Below are positions 46,927 to 56,728 of a stretch of 64,000 nucleotides of DNA, in pieces. A program made the translations under genes and the position numbers. Below the pieces are notes generated by a model. The model saw only the letters and a program-made list of their open reading frames with translations, ran no database searches and was not told the DNA's origin. Position 1 is the first letter of the stretch. Each line of letters begins with the position of its first letter. Source of the DNA: Myxococcota bacterium (GTDB taxonomy: Bacteria; Myxococcota_A; Polyangia; Nannocystales; Nannocystaceae); the NCBI GenBank assembly GCA_039028615.1, contig JBCCHT010000002.1:416001-480000 (forward strand), given 5' to 3'.

Positions 46927-47814
46927 GATCTCGAGGCCCTGCGTACCTTCGTGGTCGTCGTGGAGCACGGCAGTTTCACTCGGGCGGCCGCGAACCTCGG
47001 GGTCGCCAAGTCGACGGTCAGCCAGCGAGTGCGTGACCTCGAGGCGTCGCTGGGGGTGCCCCTGCTGCAACGCAGCACTCGCCGGATGAGCCTCACCACC
47101 GCGGGACAGGAGCTGTTCACGCGCGGTCACGAGATCGTCGGGGCGGCCAGCGAAGCGCAACTCGCCGTTGCCCAGCTGAGCGCCGAGGCCGTGGGCACGC
47201 TCCGCGTCAGCGTGCCCGTGTCCTTCGGCCAGCGCTACCTGGGTCGGCTCGTGGCAGAGCTGCTCGTCGAGCACCCGCGCCTGGAAGTGGTGCTCGACCT
47301 GGCCGACCGCGCGGTGAACCTGATCGAGGATCGCTACGACGTGGCGCTGCGCGTGGGCGGAGTGACCGAGCCCAACCTGATCGCCCAGCGGGTCGGGATG
47401 ACGCGTCACCGGGTGGTGGCCGCTCCCGCCTACGTCGAGCGTCGCGGCGAGCCCGACTCCCCCGAGCAGCTTCGAGACCACGAGTGCTTGCTCTTCGCCC
47501 ACCAGCGCGAGCCCGACACCTGGCGGTTCGAGGACCCCCAGGGCTCGCGCACGGTGAAGGTGTCGGGTCGGCTTCGCGCCAACCACGGGGACGTGCTCGC
47601 GGACGCAGCCATGGCCGGCCTCGGCGTGGCGTGGCTGCCCGATTTCATCGTTCAGCCGGCCATCGATCGCGGCGACCTGCAGGTCCTGCTCGATGCGCAC
47701 TGCGTCAGCCCGAGCCCCATCCACATCGTCTCGGTGGAGCGAAGGCTACGCCCGCTGAAGGCCCGGCTATTCATCGATGCCGTACGCACTCGACTGAGCG
47801 CGGACTTCGGGTGA
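46924..47814 (+). CDS. LysR family regulator (CrgA-like)
   Basis: GSFTRAAANLG..KSTVS, LLQRSTRRMSLT, G.LRVS.P. Confidence 0.93.
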   Translation: MDLEALRTFVVVVEHGSFTRAAANLGVAKSTVSQRVRDLEASLGVPLLQRSTRRMSLTTAGQELFTRGHEIVGAASEAQLAVAQLSAEAVGTLRVSVPVSFGQRYLGRLVAELLVEHPRLEVVLDLADRAVNLIEDRYDVALRVGGVTEPNLIAQRVGMTRHRVVAAPAYVERRGEPDSPEQLRDHECLLFAHQREPDTWRFEDPQGSRTVKVSGRLRANHGDVLADAAMAGLGVAWLPDFIVQPAIDRGDLQVLLDAHCVSPSPIHIVSVERRLRPLKARLFIDAVRTRLSADFG

Positions 47815-47840
47815 TCGCCGCGCCGCACGAGGCCCCTGCG

Positions 47841-48815
47841 TCAGGACGACTCGGCTCGTCCCGCCAGTCGCTGCCGCCGATACGCCCCGGGAGAGACGCC
47901 GAAGTAGCGCTTGAACGCCCGGCTGAAGGAAGACTCGGTGTCGTAGCCGACCTTGCTGCCGATCTGAGCCAAGCTCGAGTGTCCGTCGCCGTCGAGAGCA
48001 TTGGCCGCCAGGTGCATGCGCAGCTGCGTGAGGTACTTCAGCGGTGGCGAGCCCACCAGGGACTGAAACCGCGCCGAGAAACTCGAGCGAGACATGCCCG
48101 CCGCCTTCCCCAGGCTCTCCACCGTCCATGGATCCGACGGGTACCGATGGATGAGCTTGAGCGCGTGCCGAATGGAGCCATCGCGCAGCGCCCCCAGCCA
48201 CCCGATCTCGCCGGAGGGTTGCTCTTCCAGCCATGCACGAATGATCTGCACGAAGAGCACGTCGACCAGCCGCGCGACCATCATGTCCGAGCCGTCGTGC
48301 AGCGCATGCGTCTCGTGGCTGATGAAGCGGAGCGTCGTGTCGAGCCACGGTAGCGCGCTGCGCTGCTCGTAGGTGATGTGAATGTGGGGCGGCAGCAACG
48401 AGAGCAAGGGGTGGTGCTCGTGGCTCTCGAACCGCAGCCCCCACCCTCGAATCACCGTCTGGCGACCGCCGCCGCCGTACTCGATGGTGGGATACGCGTC
48501 TCGATCCACCGAGCGCTCGTCATGCTCGAGCACCGTGCACTCCTCGAGCACCTGGGTGTACGGCACGGTCGGCGTCGAACGATCGTCGGCAATCCACGTA
48601 GGGCACCCGGGGGACGCCATGACGATGTCGCCCGTCCCCAACGAGATTTCCTCCCGTCCTTCGAACCACATCGAGCAGCTGCCCTTCTCGACCGTCATGA
48701 ACGAGAACTGCGTCGGCGCGGGGTAGGCGATGCCCCAGGGCGCCGAGAATTCGGATCGCCGCGTCAGCGTTCCTTCGACTCGCAGCCAGCTCAGCACATC
48801 GGACAAGACATCCAT
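47841..48815 (-). CDS. AraC family regulator with cupin domain (RclR-like)
   Basis: MDVLSDVL, WTVESL...GMSRSSF..RF, GYDTESSFSRAFKR. Confidence 0.92.
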   Translation of the reverse strand: MDVLSDVLSWLRVEGTLTRRSEFSAPWGIAYPAPTQFSFMTVEKGSCSMWFEGREEISLGTGDIVMASPGCPTWIADDRSTPTVPYTQVLEECTVLEHDERSVDRDAYPTIEYGGGGRQTVIRGWGLRFESHEHHPLLSLLPPHIHITYEQRSALPWLDTTLRFISHETHALHDGSDMMVARLVDVLFVQIIRAWLEEQPSGEIGWLGALRDGSIRHALKLIHRYPSDPWTVESLGKAAGMSRSSFSARFQSLVGSPPLKYLTQLRMHLAANALDGDGHSSLAQIGSKVGYDTESSFSRAFKRYFGVSPGAYRRQRLAGRAESS

Positions 48816-48961
48816 CGCGTCGTTTTCCTTCGGATCCCGAACCTACCGTTTGTCTTCCAAACATATCTCAAATTGGACGAATTGAATCAAACATAGGATT
48901 TTTCGGCATATTCATCCAGCACTCTCAGATCATAACTTCAGCGACGACCGAAAGGAAACCA

Positions 48962-50035
48962 ATGAAGGGCAAAGTCCACGCCGCGGCCGGAGTTCTCGGA
49001 TTTCTCCTCATCACCGCGTTCTTGACGTCGACCACGCTATCCACGCTGTTCGGCAGTCCCGAGACCCTCGCCACCGTCAAAGGCCTCATCTTCTGGGGCA
49101 CGTTGGCCCTCATCCCCACCCTGGCGGGAGCCGGTGCCTCCGGCATGTCGATGCTGGGCAAGCGCACCGAGCCGCTGGCCCTGACCAAGCAAAAGCGCGG
49201 CCCGATCGCGTTCATGACCACCTTGTTCGTGCTGGCGCCGAGCTCGTACTTCCTGTCGTCCTGGGCGGACGAAGGGTCGTTCGGCGGGCTCTACTACGGC
49301 GTCGAGGCGCTGGTACTGGCGGCGAGCACCCTGTGCGCGGTGATGATCGGCTTGAACATCCGTGATGGCTTGGCGCTGCGCGGGAGGATCGGCGCCGGGC
49401 AGGGCGACAGTCCCACCATCGAGCCACGCGACGGCGGGCCCCTGGTCGCGATTCGCATTCCCCGACTCGCCAGCGGCGGCAACAAGGAGCTGCCCAACAA
49501 GCCGGTGATGGCCTTGTGTCGCTGTGGCCATTCGAAGACCAAGCCCTACTGCGACGGCACCCACAACGAGATCGGCTTCGACAGCCGCCCCTCGGAAGAC
49601 CGCAGCAAGGACCAGATTCTCGTCTACGAGGGCGAGGAGGTCACCATCCACTACAACCGCTTGCTCTGCTCGCACGCGGCCGAGTGTGGCAAGCGGCAGA
49701 AGGCCGCCTTCGACTCCTCGCGCAAGCCGTGGATCATCCCCGACAACGCACCCAAGCAGGGGCTGCTGGACGTGGTGAAGGCATGCCCCTCGGGCGCGCT
49801 CCGCTTCAGCCTGCCCGGCGAAGATCCGCAGCACGCGGTACCGGACGTGAACGGCATTCGAGTGGAGCGAGATGGTCCCTATCGCGTGACGGGGATTCCG
49901 CTCGCGTCGGCCCGGCTCGCCAAGGGAGCGAACCCGGGCAAGTACGTGCTGTGTCGATGTGGCGCGTCGAAGAACAAGCCCTACTGCGACGGCTCCCACT
50001 ACGACATCGGCTGGAAGGACTCGGCCGCGTCCTGA
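48962..50035 (+). CDS. Membrane protein fused to CDGSH - divergent ferredoxin - CDGSH iron-sulfur domains
   Basis: Four TM helices; LCRCGHS..KPYCDGTH, CSHAAEC...CPSGAL, LCRCGAS.NKPYCDGSH. Confidence 0.85.
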   Translation: MKGKVHAAAGVLGFLLITAFLTSTTLSTLFGSPETLATVKGLIFWGTLALIPTLAGAGASGMSMLGKRTEPLALTKQKRGPIAFMTTLFVLAPSSYFLSSWADEGSFGGLYYGVEALVLAASTLCAVMIGLNIRDGLALRGRIGAGQGDSPTIEPRDGGPLVAIRIPRLASGGNKELPNKPVMALCRCGHSKTKPYCDGTHNEIGFDSRPSEDRSKDQILVYEGEEVTIHYNRLLCSHAAECGKRQKAAFDSSRKPWIIPDNAPKQGLLDVVKACPSGALRFSLPGEDPQHAVPDVNGIRVERDGPYRVTGIPLASARLAKGANPGKYVLCRCGASKNKPYCDGSHYDIGWKDSAAS

Positions 50036-50042
50036 ACGAGGC

Positions 50043-50417
50043 TCACGAGTGCTCGACGACTCGGCACTCGTGCGCAGCGTACAGCTCGGTGGACTCGACC
50101 CAGATCGCGAGCTCCCAGTCGACCCCGACGCTGCGAAACAGCTCCCCCACGACGCCCTGCACGACGGGGGGAGCCCCCAGAAGGTCCGGTGCCCAGACTT
50201 CGTCTCGGGCCCGGAACTTCACCCGCGGCACGGGCAGAAGCGACATGTCGACCTCGGGGTAGTGGGGCCTCGTGGCGAGGCACTCGAGGGCTCGAGTGAC
50301 GCGCTCGAGGGTCGGCGGGTCGAGCTGCCCCCGCACGATGGCCGACGGCGCTTCCTCCCGACCGTTGCCCGACAACGCGCGGCTTCGACGGCATGGCCAA
50401 AAATAATTCCTCGTCAT
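50043..50417 (-). CDS. Hypothetical protein
   Basis: Fills the gap between CDGSH and peroxidase genes; no motif. Confidence 0.35.
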   Translation of the reverse strand: MTRNYFWPCRRSRALSGNGREEAPSAIVRGQLDPPTLERVTRALECLATRPHYPEVDMSLLPVPRVKFRARDEVWAPDLLGAPPVVQGVVGELFRSVGVDWELAIWVESTELYAAHECRVVEHS

Positions 50418-50528
50418 TGATCGATTCGCGGTCGACCACGCCCCTGCGGTTCATGCGGGCTGCGGCCCGAGTGGGTGAACGCGATGACGACGACGATCGG
50501 AGACACCAGCACCGTGCCGCGTGGGCGA

Positions 50529-51878
50529 ATGCGAATCGAGAGGTTCTCGGCCGCATCCGGCCTCGCGCTGCTCTGCGCTCTAACGGCCGCATGCGGCTCG
50601 CAAGCCACACCCCTCGGCGGCGCAGGCTCGTCGAGTGACGGCTCGATGTCGACGCCCCACGGTCACACCACGACGGGACCGAGCCCCTCTCCCACCCGCG
50701 GCGACTCGACCTCCGAGGACCCAGACTCGACCTCTGCAGCCGATGACGGGGGCAACCCGCTCGATTGCCTCGACGTCGACCCCGAAGCGTTGCTCGACTA
50801 CGCGAATCAGCCCGTCCCCGACTACATCGTGCACGACAACACGGGAGACAACCCGATCACCGACCAGGGCGCGACGCTGGGGCGGGTGCTCTTCTACGAC
50901 GTGGCGCTCTCGGTCGACGACAGCATCTCCTGCGCGAGCTGCCACCAGCAGCAATACGCCTTCTCGGACCTCCCGGAGCAGAGCGAGGGGGTCGCAGGGC
51001 TGACCCATCGCCACTCCATGCGGCTGGTCAACATCCGCTTCGGCGAGGACCCCACCGTTCGTTGGGACGAGTCCGCGACGACCCTCGAGCCCCAGACGAC
51101 CCGCCCGATCAAAGACGCGACGGAGATGGGCTACTCGGGAACCGACGGCAGCCCGGGCATGAACGACCTCATCGCCAAGATGGAGGGCCTTCCCTACTAT
51201 CCAGCGCTGTTTACCCTGGCCTTCGGCGACGCCGCCATCACCGAGGAGCGTATGCAGCTGGCACTGGCCCAGTTCGTCCGCAGCATTCAGTCCTTCGACT
51301 CTCGCTACGACGAAGGGCGCTCCCAGGTCGACGACGACCTCACCGATTTCCCCAACTTCTCCCTGGTCGAGAACGCGGGCAAGCGGCTATTCATCGAGGA
51401 CTTCACCCACGAGCCCGACCAGATCACCATCGAGGGCGAAGGCACCTTCGACGCGTCACGGCGGACCAGCGGCGGGCTCAACTGCGGCAGCTGTCACCGA
51501 CCACCCGAGTTCGACATCGACCCCGAATCGCTGAACAACGGTTTTCTGCTCAACCTCGACGATCCGCTCGCCCAGGACTTTTCCGTCACGCGCTCGCCGA
51601 GCCTACACGACATGATGAACCCGGACGCCGTGTTCAACGGGGGCATGTTCCACACCGGGCGAGCCAACGAGATGGCTGGCCTGTCCGGGCACTACAACTT
51701 CCGCCCCTTCGATCCGGGCAATACCAACCTCGACGACCGCATGCTCCCCGGAGGCCTGCCGCAGTGGCTGAACATCAGCCCGACCGAGCAAGTCCAGCTC
51801 GCCGCGTTCCTCGAGACGCTCACGGGCACCGCCGTGTACACCGACCCGCGCTGGTCCGACCCCTTCGTCTGCCGCTAG
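50529..51878 (+). CDS. Di-haem cytochrome c peroxidase family lipoprotein
   Basis: Lipobox TAAC; LGRVLFYD, CASCH, WD, CGSCH, SPSL, MFHTG. Confidence 0.85.
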   Translation: MRIERFSAASGLALLCALTAACGSQATPLGGAGSSSDGSMSTPHGHTTTGPSPSPTRGDSTSEDPDSTSAADDGGNPLDCLDVDPEALLDYANQPVPDYIVHDNTGDNPITDQGATLGRVLFYDVALSVDDSISCASCHQQQYAFSDLPEQSEGVAGLTHRHSMRLVNIRFGEDPTVRWDESATTLEPQTTRPIKDATEMGYSGTDGSPGMNDLIAKMEGLPYYPALFTLAFGDAAITEERMQLALAQFVRSIQSFDSRYDEGRSQVDDDLTDFPNFSLVENAGKRLFIEDFTHEPDQITIEGEGTFDASRRTSGGLNCGSCHRPPEFDIDPESLNNGFLLNLDDPLAQDFSVTRSPSLHDMMNPDAVFNGGMFHTGRANEMAGLSGHYNFRPFDPGNTNLDDRMLPGGLPQWLNISPTEQVQLAAFLETLTGTAVYTDPRWSDPFVCR

Positions 51879-52321
51879 CGCCTCGCGGTTGCTGCGGCGA
51901 GGCGTTCGTCGGATACGGGTCGCTCGCTCAGTAAGAACAGCGGTCCCGGGTCCTGCGTCTTGTACAGCGCGTAACGGACCGAAGGCGCGACGAGGACCGT
52001 GCCCCAGTTGTTTCCCACCAGCGTCTCGACGGCGCGCTCGATCCGTAGGCTCTGCCCGTCCATCGGGGTGCCGTCGGCGATGACGTGCATCGTCTCGCCG
52101 AAGTCCAGCTCCGCGGCCAACGCGAGCAACGACGACGGGTTCTTCCACTCGGAGCCCAGCTCCCGGCCGCGGTCTCCATGCGTCTGAAACGAGTGGTTGA
52201 GCTGCTCCAGAAACTCTGACCGGTGCTTTCGCCCTCGGAGCAGCGACAGGTGCCGCTCCGCCTCTTCGGGTTGCGCGAAGGTGCGGATGAATGCCGCTTC
52301 AGTGGGGTCGACCTCGGCCAT
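51875..52321 (-). CDS. Hypothetical protein, likely co-transcribed with DNA ligase
   Basis: Starts 3 nt after the ligase stop; GGAGG upstream; coding-like composition. Confidence 0.6.
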   Translation of the reverse strand: MAEVDPTEAAFIRTFAQPEEAERHLSLLRGRKHRSEFLEQLNHSFQTHGDRGRELGSEWKNPSSLLALAAELDFGETMHVIADGTPMDGQSLRIERAVETLVGNNWGTVLVAPSVRYALYKTQDPGPLFLLSERPVSDERLAAATARR

Positions 52322-52324
52322 GGT

Positions 52325-53626
52325 TCACCCCTCCTTGGCCGCCTCGACCATCGCGCCCCAGTCCACGTCCGCTCGCACGCCGACGTAGGTTGGAAACCGC
52401 GGGACCCCAGCGTCCGTGAGTTCCTGGTACTTGACCGTGATCACCTCCCCGACGGCCGGCGGCGCCTCTCGTTCCGCATCGCTCAACCCGGTGCCCACCT
52501 TGAACCGCGTGCCGTCCGGGAGCTCCAGGTGAAGCGCTCCGACTCGGCCCTCGTGGCGGCCGGCACCGTCTTGATAGCCCACGATGATCGCCTCGGTATC
52601 GAAGAAGGTCTTCACCTTCAGCAAGGTCTCCGATCGACCTACTTCGTAGCGAGATCTGGGGCGGCGCAGCATCAGCCCCTCACCCCCGAGCTCTTCGATC
52701 CGCGACAGCTCCGCATGCAGCTGCTCGAGCCCGGTGCACGGGCGATGCTCGAGCACCTGCACCTGGTCGTGCGGATGCGCTTCGAAGTGCCGCTCGAGAT
52801 GCGCGAGCCGGTCCTCGAAGCCCCCGTCCACCCCCGGAGCATCGAAGATCACGAACTTCAGGGATCGCCACGCTTCCCCGGCATCGACCCGTCGCGCGAT
52901 CGAGACCGAACGCTGGAAGGCTCCCCGCCCCGCGAACAGCTCGCCGTCGAGCGGGAAGTCGGGCAGCCCCTCGCGGAACCACTCCGGCGCCAGGTAGGCA
53001 TTGCCCAGGCGCGACACGAAGCGCGCCCCGTCCCAGTAGGCCCGGACCCCATCGAGCTTCTCGCTCATCCACCACCCGGTGGGGTCTTGCTCTTCCCAAC
53101 GGTGGGCCAGCAGCAGCGGCGGCGCATCGGCCTTGGCTCCCGAAGGACGACGAGGCGCTCGCAGGGGCGAGGAACCGAGGCGCGCTTGCTCGGCCGCATC
53201 GCCCCTGAACCGACGCAGGTGCTTGCACGTCCTCCGCTCGATCGGCTCCGACTGGTTGCGCCACGCCGGGCAACTGCACGAGTACACGCCTCCGACGTTG
53301 CGCAAGGTATAGGACCGCGAACCCGAGCCGGGCACGCGGGTCTCTGCGCCATCGGGGAGGTCACCGCTCGTCACGGCGGAGATGGCGTCTCCATCTGCGG
53401 TGCCCGACGCGGCCGCGGCCGTGCCCTCTTCCACGTACCCCTTGCCGACCTTGCCCCGAACCTGCTTGTCGACCTCCGAGATCGCCTTCGCTTCCGTCCC
53501 CAGGTCCTTGGTCTTGCTCTGTCCGTCGGTGCCCACTCGCCCCCAGCGCGTGGTCACCTCGGCGCCCCTTCGATCGATCTCCCAGAACTTGTTGGACTTG
53601 GCGTCTCGGTACTCGAAGCGGCGCAC
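52325..53626 (-). CDS. WGR - SWIM zinc finger - ATP-dependent DNA ligase fusion
   Basis: SNKFWEI...WGRVGTDGQ (WGR); YSCSCPAW...TCKH (SWIM); SEKLDGVR, LDGEL, FD, GEGLMLR, LLKVK, VGTG, PRFP (ligase plus OB); start inferred at GTG 53626. Confidence 0.85.
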   Translation of the reverse strand: MRRFEYRDAKSNKFWEIDRRGAEVTTRWGRVGTDGQSKTKDLGTEAKAISEVDKQVRGKVGKGYVEEGTAAAASGTADGDAISAVTSGDLPDGAETRVPGSGSRSYTLRNVGGVYSCSCPAWRNQSEPIERRTCKHLRRFRGDAAEQARLGSSPLRAPRRPSGAKADAPPLLLAHRWEEQDPTGWWMSEKLDGVRAYWDGARFVSRLGNAYLAPEWFREGLPDFPLDGELFAGRGAFQRSVSIARRVDAGEAWRSLKFVIFDAPGVDGGFEDRLAHLERHFEAHPHDQVQVLEHRPCTGLEQLHAELSRIEELGGEGLMLRRPRSRYEVGRSETLLKVKTFFDTEAIIVGYQDGAGRHEGRVGALHLELPDGTRFKVGTGLSDAEREAPPAVGEVITVKYQELTDAGVPRFPTYVGVRADVDWGAMVEAAKEG

Positions 53627-53839
53627 AGGGCCACGAGCATGCTCGCGATCGGGACGTGGTTGCAACCATGACCACGTACCTCGACAGACACCGCCCGACT
53701 CCAACACCGAACAACCCCACCCACGGACGGACGGCCCAACGACGTTCTCTTTTTGCCCAGGGAATCCCGCGTGGTGAATGCCCCCACCCGACCACCGGTG
53801 GCCTCCTTCCGGGCTTGACCGGAGTCGACTGCGGTTCGG

Positions 53840-56725
53840 ATGCTTGTCCGGCTGATGTCGGGTTCGGATCTGGCGGCGACGGTCCAAGGAGACACCCTCC
53901 TGAGCTCTCCCGCCGCGCCCAAGGAAGAGGACGGCGTACTCCCGCATCGCGTCGGTCGCTACGTGGTGCTCAGCCGCCTCGGCGCAGGCGCGATGGGAGT
54001 GGTGCTGGCCGCCTACGACGAACAGCTCGATCGCAAGGTCGCGGTGAAGCTCGTGCAGCCGTCCCTCGCTCGGGATGCGGAGCTGATGGAGCGGATGCGC
54101 CGAGAGGGCCGAGCCCTCGCGCAGGTGAGCCACCCCAACATCGTCAACGTCTACGAGGTCGGGTTCGAGCGCTCGTTGTTCCTGGCCATGGAGTTCGTGG
54201 ACGGGCAGACCTTGGAGCGCTGGGCCGGGCCCGATCGGAGCTGGCGCGAGGTCCTGGCGGTGCATCTCCAAGCCGCGCGGGGGCTGGCGGCCGCCCACGA
54301 TGCCGGGCTGGTGCACCGCGACTACAAACCCGCCAACGTGATGATCGGCCAGGACGGTCGCGTCCGCGTGCTGGACTTCGGCCTCGCCCGAGAGTCCGAC
54401 ACGCTGCCCGTGACCAGGGAGTCGACCCGGGTCTCGCTGAGTTCATCGGGGCCGAAGCTCACCTCGTTCGAGGCCGTGTTGGGCACGCCGCGATACATGT
54501 CGCCCGAGCAGTTCTTGGGTCAGCCGGCGACCGCGGCCAGCGACCAGTTCAGCTTCTGCGTCTCGCTCTACGAGGGGCTGGTGGGCGAGTCCCCCTTCGG
54601 CGGCTCCACGATGGCCGAGATCGCGATGCTCGTGACCGGAGGCGAGATGAAGCCCCTGCCGCCGTCGGCCGACGTGCCCGCCGGGGTGCTGCGAGCGTTG
54701 CGAAGGGGCCTGGACCGCGACCCCGCCCAGCGTTGGCCGAGCATGGACGCGCTGATCGAGGCGGTGGAACCTCGCCTGCGCACGCGGCAGCGCTGGTGGG
54801 GTGTGGCGCTGGCCCTCGGCGTCGCGACCGGCATCGGCGTACTCGGCTATCTCGGCCAGCAGGGGCCCGCGCCGGTATGCCAAGGCGCCGACGAGGCGCT
54901 CGCCCGAGGATGGGACTCGTCCGTGCGCGATCGGGTCCGGGCCGGGCTGCTCGCCACACAGGTCCCCTACGCCCAGGACACCGCCGACACCGTGACCGCC
55001 CGGCTCGACGCCTACGCGAGTGAGTGGCGAGCCGCCCACCAAGATGCCTGCGAAGACACTGCCGTACGGCACCAGCAGTCGGAGTCGTTGCTCGATCTGC
55101 GCATGGCCTGCCTCGACGGGCGCCTCGACTCGCTGCGAACCTTCACCGAGTCCCTCGAGACGGCTGATGCCACCACCGTGGAGCACGCCGTGCGCTCCGT
55201 CGACGACCTGCCCCCGCTGGGGCCCTGTGCCGATGCTGAAGCGCTGCGTGCCCAGGTTCCACCGCCCGAGGATCCAGCGGCCGCCGAGGAAGTGGCCGCG
55301 CTGCGCAAGGAGTTCACGCGCATCGGGTTGGCCCGCAGCTTGGGGCACGATTCCGAGGCGACCGAGCGGCTACGGGGGCTGCACGAGCGAGTGAACACCG
55401 TCGACTATGCCCCATTGAAGCTCGAGTACAGCCTCGCCCAAGGCCGCAGCGACTCGGCCCTCGAGCGCTTCGAGCCCGCCCGCGAGGCCCTGCAAGACGC
55501 CTACTACGGTGCCGTGTCCCTGGGGCACGAGCAGGTCGCGGCCGAGGCCTCCGTGGCTCTGGTGACCGTGGTGGGCTACGGGCTCGGCGAACCCGATCGC
55601 GGCTTGGAGTGGGCGCGGCTAGCCGAGGCGCAGCAGGACCGAACGGGGGGCAGTCGCCGGGCCATGCTCTACGATGGCATCGCGCTGCTGCTGGTCAACA
55701 AAGGCAAGTACGACGACGCGGAGTCCTACGCCGAGCGCGGCCTGGAGCACGCGCGAGCTCATACCGGCGAGGGTCGCTCGCGGCTCGTGGTCGAAGCGAT
55801 GATCACCCTGGCCAACATCGCGTTGAACCGCGGTGACCTCCCCAGCGCCCACCGGGCCTACGCCCAGGCGCTCGAGGAGAGCACCGCCGTGCTCGGGGCC
55901 GACCATCCCCACTCGGCCGAGGTACTGGGCATGATCGCCACCGCCTATCTGTACGAGGGCAACTACGGCGAGGCCCAGGAGCTGCTGGAGCGTTCGCTGG
56001 GCATCCAGCAGCGAGCCTACGGCTACATGACCGAGAACGAGGCGGCGTTGTACATGGACCTCGGCACCACCGCCGCCATGCAGGGCGACCTGACCCGCGC
56101 CCAAGACCAGTTCGTCAAGGGGCTCGCCGGTCTCACCGAGGTCCTCGGCCCCGAACACCCCCGACGAGTCGCGGCGGCGATCAACCTCGCCTCCGTCTAC
56201 CTGGCGCGGGGCGACCACGAGACGGCCGCGCCCCTGCTGGAGCAGGCCTACGCGATCAACGTCGCGCGAAGCGGCGAGCAGGCCCCTGTGCTCATCGAAA
56301 TCCTGCACAATATGGCGTTGGTGGACAACGCCCGCGGCGACCACGACCAGGCACTCGAGAAGGCCTCCCGGACCATTGCCTTGCGGCAGACCCTCTCCAC
56401 CCGCGAGCACCCCGACACCATCATGGCCATGGCCGCCCAGGTCGAAGCACACCTAGGGCTCGACCAGCTCGAGCAAGCCCGTGCCGTCGCCGAAGAAGGA
56501 CTGGTGCTCAACGATGCCCTGGGGACCGAGGTCGATCCCATCTTCCGCGCCGAACTCGAGCTCCTGCTCGCGATGGCCTTGGACCGCCAGGGCGTCGAGC
56601 GCCCACGCGCGCTGACGCTCGCCCAGGCGGCCCGCGAAGTCCTGGCAACCCGCGGTGATCTCGTGGGCGACTCCGTAGACCACGCCGACGAGCTCATCGA
56701 GCGACTGTCGGCGATGCCACGCTGA
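53840..56725 (+). CDS. Ser/Thr protein kinase with TM and TPR repeats
   Basis: LGAGAMG, VAVK, HRDYKPAN, DFG, GTPRYMSPE; TM; repeated LG.(D/E)HP TPR units. Confidence 0.92.
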   Translation: MLVRLMSGSDLAATVQGDTLLSSPAAPKEEDGVLPHRVGRYVVLSRLGAGAMGVVLAAYDEQLDRKVAVKLVQPSLARDAELMERMRREGRALAQVSHPNIVNVYEVGFERSLFLAMEFVDGQTLERWAGPDRSWREVLAVHLQAARGLAAAHDAGLVHRDYKPANVMIGQDGRVRVLDFGLARESDTLPVTRESTRVSLSSSGPKLTSFEAVLGTPRYMSPEQFLGQPATAASDQFSFCVSLYEGLVGESPFGGSTMAEIAMLVTGGEMKPLPPSADVPAGVLRALRRGLDRDPAQRWPSMDALIEAVEPRLRTRQRWWGVALALGVATGIGVLGYLGQQGPAPVCQGADEALARGWDSSVRDRVRAGLLATQVPYAQDTADTVTARLDAYASEWRAAHQDACEDTAVRHQQSESLLDLRMACLDGRLDSLRTFTESLETADATTVEHAVRSVDDLPPLGPCADAEALRAQVPPPEDPAAAEEVAALRKEFTRIGLARSLGHDSEATERLRGLHERVNTVDYAPLKLEYSLAQGRSDSALERFEPAREALQDAYYGAVSLGHEQVAAEASVALVTVVGYGLGEPDRGLEWARLAEAQQDRTGGSRRAMLYDGIALLLVNKGKYDDAESYAERGLEHARAHTGEGRSRLVVEAMITLANIALNRGDLPSAHRAYAQALEESTAVLGADHPHSAEVLGMIATAYLYEGNYGEAQELLERSLGIQQRAYGYMTENEAALYMDLGTTAAMQGDLTRAQDQFVKGLAGLTEVLGPEHPRRVAAAINLASVYLARGDHETAAPLLEQAYAINVARSGEQAPVLIEILHNMALVDNARGDHDQALEKASRTIALRQTLSTREHPDTIMAMAAQVEAHLGLDQLEQARAVAEEGLVLNDALGTEVDPIFRAELELLLAMALDRQGVERPRALTLAQAAREVLATRGDLVGDSVDHADELIERLSAMPR

Positions 56726-56728
56726 GGT

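Noticed and set aside
53627..54316. N-terminal 230 aa of the 663-aa ligase ORF
   Set aside because: Overlaps the kinase gene antisense and has no domain signal
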